From: Sminthopsis crassicaudata
Taxonomy: Eukaryota
Direction: 5' to 3'
Length of the DNA stretch: 64,000 nucleotides
Assembly: GCF_048593235.1 (NCBI RefSeq)
Contig: NC_133619.1
Coordinates: forward strand, 175,474,454-175,538,453
Below the pieces are notes generated by a model that had not been told where the DNA came from, ran no database searches, and worked only from the letters and a program-made list of their open reading frames with translations. This document shows, piece after piece, positions 1 to 13,500 of this stretch. The translations under genes and the position numbers were made by a program. Numbering within the stretch: position 1 is the stretch's first letter; each line of letters starts with the position of its first letter.

Positions 1-616
1 GGAGCTTCCATGGCTGACAATAACCTCATTACCAGAAGACATCCAACCCTCTGCTCAGGAAGGGAGATTTACATTTACATTTTCATTTGAATAGTATTAA
101 ACAAACAACAAAAAGAAAAATGGATTGCATTTTGCATAGCCTTAATCATCTCAAAGAGAAAAACAAACAAATAAACACACACACTCACATATATATATAT
201 ATATATATATACATATATATGTATGCATATACAAATATAAAGCCTTATATAATATACAGATATAACTATATTATATATATGCATGCATTTGTACATGTAT
301 ATGTTCAGATATGGTGTACCATATATATAATTATGTAAAATAAATATACCTCTTACACATATGGGTGTAATATCTATCAGTATATTAATATAATCAACAT
401 ATGTTAATATCTACATAGTAATCATAACCTATTAAAATTTTATATCACATTATATTCTCATTACATAGAAGCTCAATTTTTTATTCTAGTGAAAAGATAA
501 TGTTGACAACAATAATAGTAATGCTGATGATGACATATGTCTATATCTACACACATATATGCATACACTATATGCCATATACATATATATCTATAGATAC
601 ATTTATGCTCAAGAAA

Positions 617-679
617 TCCATCCATCCATCTATCTATCTATCTGTCTATCTGTCTGTCTATCTATCCATCTATCTATCC
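617..679 (+). repeat. Compound (TCCA)n/(TCTA)n/(TCTG)n tetranucleotide microsatellite
   Basis: tccatccatccatctatctatctatctgtctatctgtctgtctatctatccatctatctatcca. Confidence 0.9.
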
Positions 680-1774
680 AAATAATTCCAGAATCAAGAT
701 GCAGAGGAAGGAGTTGTTTTAGCCTATTTGGCTTCAAAAATGCCAGCGTGGCAGAATGTTTTAATCAGTAGTTGTTATTTTCTACCCAAATGTTAGCTAT
801 TCACACAGAAGGCTACTTAGATAATATTATTCAAGACATATCTCTATGCCACAAAGCTTCATAAGACCCCAAGATCCCTTCTAATACAACATCTGAGGAA
901 AGTACTAAGGAAATAGGTGAAGACTGAAATTGAAGACAAGGGCAGAAACGCTACCTGGTGCTTCCTACAGAACAACTCTGAGCTGAACTCATCAGCTGTT
1001 CCTGAAGACAAAGGGAACTCTGGCTGAACTTGGATGTGTAGCATCAGGCTCTCCCATCACACTGAGGAAGCCCTTGTGGACAGGGGGAAAGAAAACTCAT
1101 CATAATGTGGTGCTTGGCAGAGTGACAAGATCTTGTGAATGGATTCATGAGATGTTAGGTGAGAAGCAACTTTTTAAAAAAGACCAAAAAAAGACTTCCT
1201 TGATGTCTCTTGCAGAGAGAGTAGCTATTTGAAATTTAATCCCTCTGAATTTCAGAATTGAGAATGACTTTAAGAATCATTGAGCCTAACCCATACCATC
1301 ACAGAATTCTCTCTACAACATTCTGGATTAATAAGCAGTATGAAGGAATGACAACAGAAATATTGATTTGGCCTTTAGGCCCCTACCCTGATCTTGGAAA
1401 TGAAAATGACCTGAAATAATTGTGAGTAGAATGATAGCTTAGTTAAGGGAGGAAAAGTCACAAAAATTTTCTTTTTAGTGTGCAAATGGAAAAACTTCAA
1501 CATTAAGAGGATGTGGCATCTGTGAAGTGTGCACAGTATGGTTGTGGAGAAGCCAGATTTCCTTAATTCTGGGTCAATATCTCCAAGCCAGCAGAAGCAG
1601 TGGAGTAAGGAGCCTGAGGAGTGGTGAGGGAAATGAGGAACAAGAAAAACAAAGTTCCAAACTCCTCTTTAGTGAAGAGACGAAGAAAGTTGCAGGGATA
1701 TGAGACCTGAGGAAACAAGTTTGAAATCTGCCACTTAAGATTTCCTCCATGATGGATCTAATTGATCCTCTAAT

Positions 1775-2515
1775 CTGGAGCACAATTTAGAACTATCAAA
1801 GGGATATCAAACTATTCATATCCTTTCATGCAGCAGTATCTCTACTGGGCCTGTGGCCCAAAGAGTTCATAAAAAAAGGAAAAGGACCTGCATGTGCAAA
1901 AATATTTGTAGCAGCTCTTTTTGTAGTGGCAAGAAATTAACAACTGAGTGGATATCCAACAGTTGGAGAATAACAATAAATTATGGTATATGGATATAAT
2001 GGAATATTATTGTTCTATAAGCAATGATGAACAGACTAACCAGAAAAACCTGGAAAAACTTATGTGAACTGATGCTAAGTGTGGTGAGTGTACACAGCAA
2101 CAAAAGATTATGTAATGATTAGCTGTGATGAACTAGACTCTTTTCAACAACGAAGTGACTCAATGCAATTCCAATAGATTTGTGATGGAGAGAGCCATCA
2201 GCATCCAGAGGGGTAACCAGGGAGACTGAATGTGAATCACAGAATAGTATTTTCATTATTTTGTGGAGGTGGTTGTTGTTTATTTGCTTATTTTTGTCCT
2301 TTCTCATTTTTTCTCTTTTGATTTCATTTTTCTTGTGCAGCTTGATTAATGTGGAAATATGTTTAGAAGAATTGCATATGTTTAACCTATCTTAAATTAC
2401 TTGTCTACGGGAGGGTAAAAAAAATTTGGAACACAAAGTTTTGCAAGGTTGAATATTTAAAACTATTTTTACATGTATTTTGAAAAATAAAAAGCTATTT
2501 TTATTTAAAAAAAAG
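1775..2515 (+). mobile_element. 5'-truncated L1 3' end (ORF2 C-terminus, 3'UTR and A-rich tail), degenerate
   Basis: gcaaaaatatttgtagcagctctttttgtagtggcaagaaat (MFVAALFVVARNW-like), aaattatggtatatgg…ggaatattattgttct; A-rich tail near 2505-2515. Confidence 0.88.
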
Positions 2516-2589
2516 AAATAAAGATTTCTTTATTTGATAGTTTAAAAAAATTCCTCTAGTATTGCTTCAAAGACTTTAAGAATGACCAG

Positions 2590-2830
2590 TATTGGACCAA
2601 TAGTACAATATGTTTGGTTATGGAATGAAGAACACCAGAGTTCAAATTCTGCCTCAGACACTTACAACCTTTTTGACCACAAGCAAGTTCTTTAGCCTCT
2701 GCCTGCCACAGTTTCCTTATCTGTAAAAATAGGGATAATAATAGGACCAGGATTGTTATGAGGTCCAATTGAGATAAGATACACAAAGCATTTTGCAAAA
2801 CTCTAAGGCATTATATAAATGCTAGCTCAA
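2590..2830 (+). mobile_element. MIR-family CORE SINE
   Basis: gagttcaaattctgcctcagacactta…agtttccttatctgtaaaaatagggataata…gattgttatgagg…aaatgctagct. Confidence 0.8.
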
Positions 2831-3444
2831 AAAAAAAAATGATCAATACTTTAATGCTAAAAGGAAAGATAAGAAATAAGTATGGAGAGGGGGCGGGATA
2901 TTAGTGGGGCAATGGAGTAATTAGACAGATGCATATACATGTGGCTCTGATAGTGGGGATAATTGAAACAGAATAAAGGCTATATTTGAGAAACAATGTG
3001 GCATAATATAATATTCCCTCAGTTGATTACAAGATGAAAAAAAAGAGAGAAAACCAGTGGATCAGGATACTCCAAAACTATAGATGAGCAAAATATAGCC
3101 TTTCTTTTTATACACAACCTGAACTGTAGTTATTTATAGAACATGTCCACAATTCCCAATTCCCAATGTATTTCCCATTCAGCAACATTTAACCAATTTA
3201 TCTACTAGGAAGCTAGAGATTTGGGACACATTCCCTTGGAACAGACAGGAAATTATATGAAAGGTCACCTCAGTAACTGCCAATTTTCTAATCACTTTCA
3301 TAAACCTCAGATTCTCCCATGGAGCCCCCAAATCCATAGAACTGGGCAAGATTTACAGGCAGCCAAGGAAATATTCCCTTTGAGCTCAGCAACAAGAAAT
3401 TCAAATCTGTTTGAAGAATCAGTGGAAAATAGTGCTTCTACATT

Positions 3445-3450
3445 AAAAAA

Positions 3451-3498
<48 letters not shown>
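3445..3498 (+). repeat. Poly(A) run followed by (AT)n microsatellite
   Basis: Long A run then tatatata…, about 380 bp into the intron downstream of exon 3. Confidence 0.95.
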
Positions 3499-3501
<3 letters not shown>

Positions 3502-3880
3502 AAGACGGTCCTCCCTGACCCAGAGAAGTATAGTAATATCAGTAAAAACCCTGGGGGAAAAGGGCACAAATCCAGTTGAGTCACCTGAGCTTCACTGAAG
3601 AGTATACTGCACACCCATCCTGTTCTCATTTCCCAAATGTCAAAAGATGATTTGTAGCCAAAACTGCTCTAAATTCAATCTAAACTAGCAGAGAGGACAT
3701 CCCTAGGATTACCAAGAGCCTTGGACTAAAGTCATGTGCAGTAATTATCAGATTTTATGATTCCCAAATAGGAAAAATTACATCTTAGGAAATGGAACAT
3801 GAAAGTCCAGTTGCCCCTATTTCTAGTTAGATAAACTACATTGGCAAATGAGGAAATCCTGCTCAAAGATATGACCTTAC

Positions 3881-3976
3881 CTCCACGTAGAGGAGAGGGA
3901 AAATTCCAATCTTATCTCCCAGCATTCCTTCTGCCCAATTATCATCGACTCTCCTGATTACAGTCAAGATTTCGTC
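3881..3976 (-). CDS. SH3RF3: SH3RF3 coding exon, probably exon 3: C-terminal half of SH3 domain 2
   Basis: Minus strand gives 32 codons, [32 protein letters not shown]. Acceptor cctgtgtgtcttag|GAC and donor GAG|gtaagg. It continues the previous exon in phase 0 (…CLTFTK|DEILTV…) and completes the SH3 fold. Confidence 0.96.
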
Positions 3977-6179
3977 CTAAGACACACAGGATCCAAACAG
4001 ATATATGCATTCATAGGGAGATACACACAGACAGACAAAAAAAAAAAAAAATTGGTTAGTTTTATTCAATCTGAAATCAGACTTTGTGCTATCATTCAGT
4101 AATTATATGAAACTTAGAAGGAAAAAAAAAAACTCTCAACAACTTAAAGTTTAAATGCCTAGCTGAGTGCTGACAATCCTTTTCACGTGTTCATTGTTCT
4201 AAGATTTCAAACAGGAAGACATATATCATGTTGTATCATGATGCTGGTAAGTCAGTGTTTGGAATCAGGTCCCTGTTTATATTCTATGAATTGAAAACTT
4301 TTTTTTTCCACTCTAAAAAAGTAATCAAGTAAGCATAAAGCATTTTAAGTCTCTAGTTTCAAACAAAGAAGAAAACAATCTGATTCGACACCCTTTGTTT
4401 AGAGTCATTCGTACAAAATATATTGAATAACCCAAGAATTCTTTGGAGAAAGGAACAAAACCAAATTCAAAATGAACAAAGTGGAAACAGATGGGGAGAA
4501 AAATTAAGAGGTATGAGACAAAGAGGAAAGATGAGCCTATGAGCCTTTCACAGGAGGCTGGAAAACAAAGTCAAAGAAGAGGGTTTGAACAGAAGGACTG
4601 CCACCTATATCACATATTCAAGATTTCATTTTGAACAGAAGAGAGAGAGCTTTCATGGCCGCAGAGGCTAGGTCATTGCAAAGGGGCAGACAGGAAGCAG
4701 GTGCTAAATGAGTGGAGAGCAAAAAAAAAAAAGGAGTTGACACAGAGAGAAAGATAAAGACAATACAAAAAAAAAAGTAGAGAAATAGAATAGGAACCAA
4801 TGTAAGGAGAAACAGATACATGATGCCTTCCCTAATTCTTAAGATGCTACTGCTATTTCCTAACTAATTTGATTTATTTCTATAAACATTTATTCTATAT
4901 TCTTGTATTCTTCAAACCTATCACAGTTTGGGGCACATTAAAGGCACTTATTAAATGCTTGTTGATTCAATGATATGTATATTTTTTCTGCTTCAATAGA
5001 ATGTAATTTCCTTAAAACAGAGCCTTCTTCACTTCCTCCCTCCCTTTCTCCTTCTCTCCTTTCTTCCCTTCCTCCCTTTCTGCATTCCTTGAACCTAACA
5101 AAATATATGGCATATAGTAGGAACCTAAATATATTTGTTATTGCATTAACATACCCAGCAGCCAGATTTTGACACCAGTGGCCAAGTAGGCAGTTTATCT
5201 TTGTCATGTTGCCATCCTCCATTCCTTAAGCACTTTTCCTAACTACCCATCAACCCATTATGTCAGCCAAACCAGGTTTACACATAGAGGTCATGCAATA
5301 AACTTTCTCTCTTTTGAAAACTTACCCCTTTTATAGGCCACTCATATTAGTACATTATTATCTGATAAACTAAAAGGAGCTAAAGTATCAGTGGCTGATG
5401 AACCTCCCAGATAATCCCTGCATTTTAATACAACTAAATTTCCTAATATCTATGTCATTGGGAAAATATCATTCTCTAAATACTTTAACTGAAAGGAGTA
5501 AGTAAAGTGAGGATTTCAGGCACTATTGTGGCAGGGCCATTGGGAGATAAATTATTTGGCAGGAGGCTCTTTCAACACCCTGCCCCCCAAAGAACACATC
5601 AACAGCTGTCTGCACAGAAGGCCAGAACTATACACCATTAGTCAGAAATATCTGCAGCAGAGGACAAGTGTAATGCCAGAGGGGCTGTCTCAACTGGAGT
5701 TGATCTCCAGGGTTCAAAACTCTTGGGCAGCGATCCAGGGCCTGGCAAAACAATCAGAGATGCAAAGGGAACTGCCTGAACACCTCGACATGCCTGTCAG
5801 GAAAAGAAAGACAAGGAGAAGCTCGCCTATGGATTGCTGTGGGGATGATGGAGTTCAGAACATGGTTTATCATTTTTTTCATGGCTTATCATTTTGAAAT
5901 CCCCTGGTTTCTGCTTAACTGTCTTAAGAGGCAAGTAGAAAAAGAAGTATCATAATATTCCTCTATTCTTCCATCTCAACTCTTCCTGCTTGAAAATAAA
6001 CACAGTGAAATGAAGTCAATTTTAGTAAGCTTTCTCCCCCTTTAATGGATGTTACAGGCTCCAAAATGGCCTATAATAGGGTGCTATAAAGAATACATAT
6101 CTTACCTTTTTATATACTGTTAAATCTCTGGTCAAAAACCAGTGTTTGCCAATCAGCATTTTTTTGCAAGATAGATGCT

Positions 6180-6500
6180 AATGATTTTTTTTTTCTTGGA
6201 GGGTAAAGAGGAGGAGAGTAAGAGAGAGACAGAAAGAGAGAATGTTTCTGTGCATTTCTCTAGGACAGAGTAAGAGGAAGGGCAAATATAGAGGGCTAAA
6301 TGGAAGAAAAAATAACGAGAGGGCAAAAAGCAAATAGGGGGCAGAGGGGGAAATGAGAATGGGAAAAAAAGTTAAGAAAAAGAAAGGAGAGAAGGAAAGA
6401 GGGGACTGAAGGACAGAGGAGACAGGGGAAAAGAGGAAGAGAAAAAAAGATACAGGGAGGGAGGGACAGGCATATACTAAGGCAGAGAAAAAGCACAAGA
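6180..6500 (+). repeat. Purine-rich (GA-rich) low-complexity tract
   Basis: About 320 bp of near-exclusive A/G. It explains the F/L/S/P-rich spurious minus-strand ORFs. Confidence 0.85.
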
Positions 6501-8046
6501 AAAAACATGATCCCCTATACTAGGAATGGTCTTGTTGTTGATAAACATTAGAACAGAAACAAGAACATTGGCTTCAGTTACAGATGATCACTGAAGCAGG
6601 TCCAGTGAATTCCTCTTACTTATTTACCTCCCTAACCCCATAATTCAAAGACATTGAAAACCTTTGGGAACGGTGGCCTTTTGCTCTTGATTACAACCAG
6701 AGGGAGCCATAGAGACTAAAATGGACAGACATTACTTAATTACTTAGGACATTACTTAATCTTTAGTATTCTTTTATGGATCAGACCAATAGCAACAGCA
6801 AGGCATTATGATAAGAAAATTTAGCTTTGATTTAAATAAAAAATTAAAATGGGAAGAAAAAGAACTTAACTGCCTTCTAGGATGAAAGTCTATGGTTTTC
6901 CTTGAATCTTTTTTGTGAACTGATAAGATTGAATTGTGGCTTTTTTCCTTTCAGAAGAGAAAGGGACAAGACTAAAGCAATCTTCATCTTAAATAAAGGT
7001 AGATTAATGCCAGAGCTTTGTGGTGAATTCTTCAAGATTTCCTTTCACATTAATCGTGTGCAAGAGTACATTTCCTCATGAGAAATAGAACTGGATTTAT
7101 AAATGATTACATATTCAATGTGAGCAAACATTTTGATTAGTTTATTTTAAAAACCATTGCATTATTAGATGGCATTAATTATCTATTACTATCCATTATT
7201 CAAACCAAGGAAAATAATATTCTCATTGAATGATGCACAGGTCACACTACATCTACCATATTATGTTGCTTTTTGAGTACCACATTTTAAGAGAGTAATT
7301 TACTATTTTGGATATCATATCTTAAAGAAATAGTGACATATAATTTAGAGAAAGGAAAAGTTGTAGATGGAATTGCGTATAAATTACCTAGGACAATGAC
7401 TAACCCTATAAATATTTAATAAATGTTGATACAAAATCAACCTCTCTCAATGATCTAGTCAGCAAAAAAATTATTAAGTGTCTATTATGTGCCAGGTAGC
7501 ACTGGAGATACAAAAAAGCCAAAGATTACTCTCAAGAGGTTTGCAGTTTAATGGGAGAGACAATATATCAAGAACTATATGTGAGTAAGCTTTATACAGG
7601 ATAAATTGGAAACCATCAATAGAGCATTTGTGATTTTATGATTCTATTTTCATCCTGTGAAACTATGCAAAATAAAGCATTCTTACTTGTGACAGTATGA
7701 CAAATATGTCATGTCAATTCAATTTCATCATCATGGCATGGTGACTGAAATGTCAGGCTTGAAGACAGGAAGGCAGAAGATTGCATCCTGCCTGAAACAC
7801 TTAAAGTTGTGTTATGCTGTGCACTTCATTTATCCTTTGTCATCCTCAGTTTCTTTATCTGTGAAATGGGAAGATAATAGCACCTACCTCACAGGGCTTT
7901 TACAAGAAGCAAATGAAATAATAAATATAAACCACTTTGAAAATCTTAAAACTCTACTAAATATGTGTTGTTCAGTCATGATCTGATTTAAGGGTTTTTT
8001 TGGTTTTAGTTTGTTTTGGTTTGGGCTTTTTTTCAAAGTTACTAGA

Positions 8047-8222
8047 GTGGTTTAACATTTTCTTCTCTTACTCATTTTACAGATGAGGAAACTGAGGCAA
8101 ACAAAGTTAAGTGATTTACCCACGTTCACACAGTTATTAAGTATCTGAAGTTAGATTTGAACTCATGAAAATACATTTTCCTGAATCCAAGCCCAGCACT
8201 CACTGTGTCACCTTGCTGCCCT
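8047..8222 (-). mobile_element. Mar1/MIR-type CORE SINE
   Basis: ttttacagatgaggaaactgaggcaaacaaagttaagtgatttacc…agatttgaactc. Confidence 0.8.
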
Positions 8223-8972
8223 AACTATATATTATTATATATTATAGTAAATATGTTAATTATTTTTTTTTATAAGTAGTACCATTACCTACTTTCCTAC
8301 ATTCCAATTTTGACCATAAAATCCTTGAGGACAGGGAAGATTTCATTTTCTTATAATTGCACTCAGTTTACTGTTTTATAATAGTCATGTGATGGGCACT
8401 TAATAAAATGTATCATAGGACTTTTTGAGGCTGTTTGCATAATTCTTTGATTCCTCATTTTAAGATGAAAACTGGACCATTGTTTTCCAACTAGTTGGAA
8501 AGGCTTAATGGTCCAGGCTGAGGCCATGCAATAGAACTTAACCTATTGACATATAAAATGACTGTTAAAGAGTTCATGAGTTAACAAGTAATCCCCATGT
8601 GGCAGATCCTAGGCTAATAATTAAGTGTACAAAAAAAAAAAAAAAGCGAGATACACTGTCCTTGTCCTCAGGAAGCTCACAATTGAATGAGCTCACATGT
8701 TAATACGTATGGACATATGCTATACATATATATATGTATATATATATATATGTATATATATTGATTGGATGGTAGATAATCTCAGAGGAGGGTTCCTAGG
8801 GAAGGAGACAAATTGAGGAAAGTACCTTTGAAAGTTAGGAAGAGGAGAATGTTTTGAGGGAAAGAAAATTATTTTTCCTATAGACATTTGATTTTGAGAT
8901 GCTTATGGGCCATTCAATTTGCCATCTCTGAAAGACAATTGGTGGCATGGGACCATAAAGCAAGAGGAAGAT

Positions 8973-9180
8973 TTATTGTTGTTGAGTCGTTTGAATTGTT
9001 TCTGACTCTGTGTAAGCCTATTTGGAGTTTCTTTGGCAAACATACTTTCCTTTTTCAGTTCATTTTATAGATAAGGAAACTGGGGCAAATAGAGTTAAGT
9101 GACTTCTCTTGAGGCTATATTTGAACTTAAGTTCTCCTAACTCCATGGCCAGTGCTCTATCCACTATGCCATCTAGCTGA
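8973..9180 (-). mobile_element. Mar1 SINE (CORE plus RTE-like tail)
   Basis: ttgttgttgagtcgtttg…ctttggcaaac…ttttatagataaggaaactggggcaaatagagttaagtgac…ccatctagctg. Confidence 0.8.
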
Positions 9181-9439
9181 ATGAAGATGATATTTTAACT
9201 ATGGAAGCTGATGGAATTTCCAAATGAAATATTATAGAAAGAGAAGAAAAGAGCATTTAAAACACAGTCTCATGGGATACCCATGATTAATGGTCATGAA
9301 TTAGATGAAGACCCAGCAGAGGACACTGAGAAAGGACTATTAAACTCGATAGGATGAGAATTAGATGGAAGCAGTGCTATAGAAATCTAGAGGAGATAGT
9401 ATCGACTATAATGTCACAGGTGTTAGATCAAAAAAGATG

Positions 9440-9760
9440 ATGATTGAGAAATATTTTTTCCCCTCTCTCTCCCCTTTCTTCCCAAGACAGCAAGCAATCC
9501 AGTATATGTTAAACATGTGCAATTCTTCTAAAAATATTTCTATATTCATCAAGTTGCACAAGAAAAATCAGATCATAAGGGGAAAAAAACATAAGAAAAA
9601 AAAAAACACAAGCAAACAACAAAAACGGTAAACATACTATGCTTTGATCCATATCCAGTATCCACAGTTCTCTCTGGATGAGGATGGCTCTTTCCATCCC
9701 AAATCTATTAGAATTGCTTTGAATCACCTCATTGTTGAAAAGAGCCGAGTTGCCAAGCAC
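9440..9760 (-). mobile_element. L1 3'UTR-derived fragment
   Basis: aatccagtatatgttaaacatgtgcaattctt…gcacaagaaaaatcagatc…ctattagaattgctttgaatcacctcattgttgaaaagagcc; homologous to 37990-38250. Confidence 0.8.
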
Positions 9761-10270
9761 TATTCTAAGACAAATATCTTGCTTGCTCTTTACAACTCAG
9801 TGAGATCAATGCTATTATAATCCTGATTTTACATTTGATGAAACTAAAACTGACAGAGGTTACGTGACTTACTCAAGTTCACACAGCTAATAAGTTTCTG
9901 AAGCCACATTTGAACTGAAGTTTTCCTGATTCCAATTCCAGCATTCTATCTACTGAGCTAGTTAACTACCATAATCATATACATAAAGTAGCATGGAGTG
10001 AATGGATCTGGAGAGATTGGAAATAGAGAAGAATGGGGATAATAGTGTCTTCAACTTGTCGGAGGAGACTTGAGGGGAAGGAATTGGAGAGTATGTAGAA
10101 ACATTGGCCTTGGGAAAAAGAAGGAATATATTTTCATCACAAATAGAACTGAAGGATGAGGCGATGGGGAAAGATCTTTCAGTGATGTGATTATAGGAAA
10201 AAAAGAGGAGAGAAGAAGGAACTGTCAGAGAAGGTCTTCAATATTTTCAATGAAGTTTGAGGAAAGGTCC

Positions 10271-10540
10271 TCAGCACAGCAGAGAGCTCTAAATCAGGAG
10301 TTAGAAAGAATCTTCTTCCTGAGTTCAAATCCAATCTCAGATACTTTATTAGGTGTGATCTTGGGCAAGTCACTTCACCCAGTTGCCTCAGTTTCTTATC
10401 TGTAAAATGACCTGGAAAAGGAAAAGGCAAACTACTCCAGGATTTGCCAAAAAAAACCCAAATAAACAAACAAACAAAAAAAAACAAACTCAAATGGAGT
10501 CTTAAGAGTCAGAGAAGATTTAAATGACTGAACCCCAACA
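10271..10540 (+). mobile_element. Mar1 SINE, near full length, with internal A-rich expansion
   Basis: gagttcaaatcc…gtgtgatcttgggcaagtcacttcaccc…gcctcagtttcttatctgtaaaatga…gaaaaggaaaaggcaaactactccagga. Confidence 0.85.
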
Positions 10541-13500
10541 AGCTCAGCTGGGAGGATGAGGAATGGGGTATCATGGGAGACTTGAAAAGGAATGAAAAAG
10601 GTTTGTAATAGTTCTTCTGTGAATCAGTTGTGTGAATGGTTGAATCAATTAAGAAAATGCAAAAGGATTATCTTGCTATGGTTAAGACCCAGATGAGATT
10701 ATGTGATATGGATCTAATCAGCACATTTAATGCTCTTTTCTAACTTCCTAGGAAATAAAAGTTCTGTAACTCCAGTAGAGAGAGAAAGAAGTGGATGTTA
10801 GAAGAAACCCAGAGTTATGATGTTATGGCAAGAAGTCATTGCTATAGGATAAGAGACATTCAAGATACCAATGATTTGAGACAGGGGTATATGGATCAGC
10901 ATACAAATAATAGCCTAGGAAAGAACTTAGAAGTCAGAGTAAGGATGAAGGATAAAGTTAGTTATATTAAGGCACTAGAAAATAAAGAATAATGAAAGAT
11001 TATGATCAGATAAAGAAATTTGAAGATGATAAACATAGACATAGAACACATGTGAGTAATGGCAAAATTTAGAGTAGAACATATCTGTGTACAACTGAAG
11101 TAGATTGAAGAAATAACTTATGGGAACTGGGTGGCTGAAAGAACTGAGAATTTAGGGTATTTGAATGAATATCAAAATGTAGCTTGAAGTTTCCCCTCAA
11201 CCCCCTAATTATGTGACCATAGGAGATTCAGTTGACCTAAATCCCATTTCTTCATTGACATAATGGATATAATGCTTGTTCCATATATTTCACTGGGTGG
11301 GAGTGGGGGAATAACTCAACAGAATTTAATTCTCCAGACTCAAAGTCTAGTTCTCTATACCCTATAAAGAAAGGAGACAATAAGAATCTACCATGCTAAA
11401 ACAATTATAAAATTCATTTTTCTTCTCTTGTTCCTAAATCTGGGAGAATTACTTGATGGCTCAGAAGCTGATTTTATACAAGCATCAACAATATATCTCT
11501 AACTCCTTATATTTGTTTCTTTAAACAGCCTCTTTTTTTTTCCCAGACCCTAGGAAGCTTTCATTCCTGATTACTCTATTCCACCAAGGACCTAATCAGG
11601 TTTCCTATGTCACTAACCTTGAACCCTGAAATATAAAATCCCCTAATTTACATAAGGTTTTGCTTATAATGACCTCTGATTCTCATAGATGGCTTAGAAT
11701 GAGCATCTTTATTATGTGCACTTACTCTATTCTGTCCTTTTCCACTTTATGAACAATGCTCTTTAGGTTATTAGGTCTATTGCAATATTGGAATCTGAGA
11801 CTTTTAATATTCTATCTGATATATTTACTTTTCAGAAAGAGGGGCTTTTCCTAGAAAAGTCTCATAACAAAAATCTCCCCAAATGAACTTTGCTATGAAA
11901 ATAAATTTTACTAAACTTGAAAGTACCGTAGAAACAGTAAATATTGCCTAATGTGGCACAGTAGACACAATAATGATCTGCATTCAGAATCTACTTTTGA
12001 CACTTGCTAGGGATATAACCTTAGGCTAATGTGTACATATCTCAGGCAACTCCCTAGGACTTGACTAATAAATCACACAGATTTCTAATATATTGGTAGG
12101 AGGAGTCCCCACACTGGGATGAACACAAATCACAGATTTTTCACATCTTCATCATTCATAAAGTTAGAACTATATGTAAAATCAAGTCAACAAGCATTTA
12201 TTAGGCACCTGCTATGTGCCAGGAACTTTGGTAGTGGTCATTGATTCCAATATCCTCATTTTACAGATGGAGAAACTGAGGTAGAGAAAGGTTGTTATTT
12301 AATCAGGATTTCACACTTAGCAAGTATTTGAGGCAGAATTTGAATGCACATCTTTCTGACTCTGGCTCAGTTAGAAGTAGTATCAGTCAATTAGCCCCAC
12401 AAAGTATGTTTTGGGAAACAAGCAAAGATGAATATCAGAACGGTATTACTGCATAAGTTTGCTCTTGCTGTTCAGCATGTAATTTTTATTCTTTGCTAGT
12501 CCCAACATCCCATGTTTTGTTTTGTTTTTTCCTTTTCCTTTAATTTCCATTGCATATCCAGATTTCTGTTTTCCATTTCTACTGGGGACATTCCAGGCAG
12601 CCAACCTTGATGCCACTGGACCATCTCATGCCCTCAAAAGCCTGGATTCCAGAGCCATTGCTGTGGAATGGCATTTGCCACACTCTCCAAACCCTTTTGC
12701 CAGTTGGCAGCTTGCAGTGTCCAGATGGGGAGGGTAAAACCAAACATAGCCAGACACCCTCTGTGCTTCCTCAACCATCACTCTCTTCCCTGTAGTCCGC
12801 AACACAGGATGCCTTGACTACTGAGCTAAGCCTGCTTTGTATTGGTGCATTAATAGCAGTTAATGACTCCATTAAATACCTTGCCATGAATGGTAGGGGG
12901 TGATGAGAGGAACAATTTTATGTTATTTTCTCAACAAAAGACAGGCGTGGGATTTTGGAGAGAGAATTTTCTTTCTTTTTTTTTCTTTTTAGAGGCAAAG
13001 TGCCTTTGACTTGCATTCTGACAGTGAAGCATCTATAACAGGAATGCAGGTCCTGTAGCAATATGGAAATGTGGAGGTTTTCAGGCAGTAACTAACACCA
13101 AAGCATTCAGCAGACTTTAAACAAAAGAGGGCTTGGGTGGAGGGTGAAACTCCTGGATGTGCAGATGCCTTCTGAAGTCATCATTTTTAGTCTCTGATTC
13201 ATGTTTCTGATTCAGTTTCTTGGAAATCAACTGACTGAATGTGAAAAAACAGAGTATAGAATGTGCAAGTGGCACTTAGGCATATCTGTGGATTTTTTTT
13301 TTTTTTTACTATTCATGACCACTTCAGGACCACTGGTAGCTATTTTATATATGATATCAGATAGACACATTAAACTTGGCTTATCTAGAGCATTGGACAA
13401 CTGGTAATGCATTAGGAAATCTCTGAAGTTTCTAGCCATTGGATAATTCATTTTTTCTCTAAGACATTTAGTATGGGAGAGCTGACATTTACCAAGATGT

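Noticed and set aside
75-771. Y/I-rich ORFs at the start of the window (also 13448-14139, 19671-19958, 29427-29973)
   Set aside because: Derived from (TA)n, (CA)n and (TCTA)n simple repeats.
1-3880. Next SH3RF3 exon downstream of exon 3
   Set aside because: No minus-strand segment continuing the SH3RF3 protein after YVE was recognised; it probably lies outside the window.
5526-5897. 123-aa + strand ORF with an RKRKTRR basic stretch
   Set aside because: Starts at TTG, has no recognisable domain or splice/promoter context, and this length is expected by chance in a locally GC-richer stretch.
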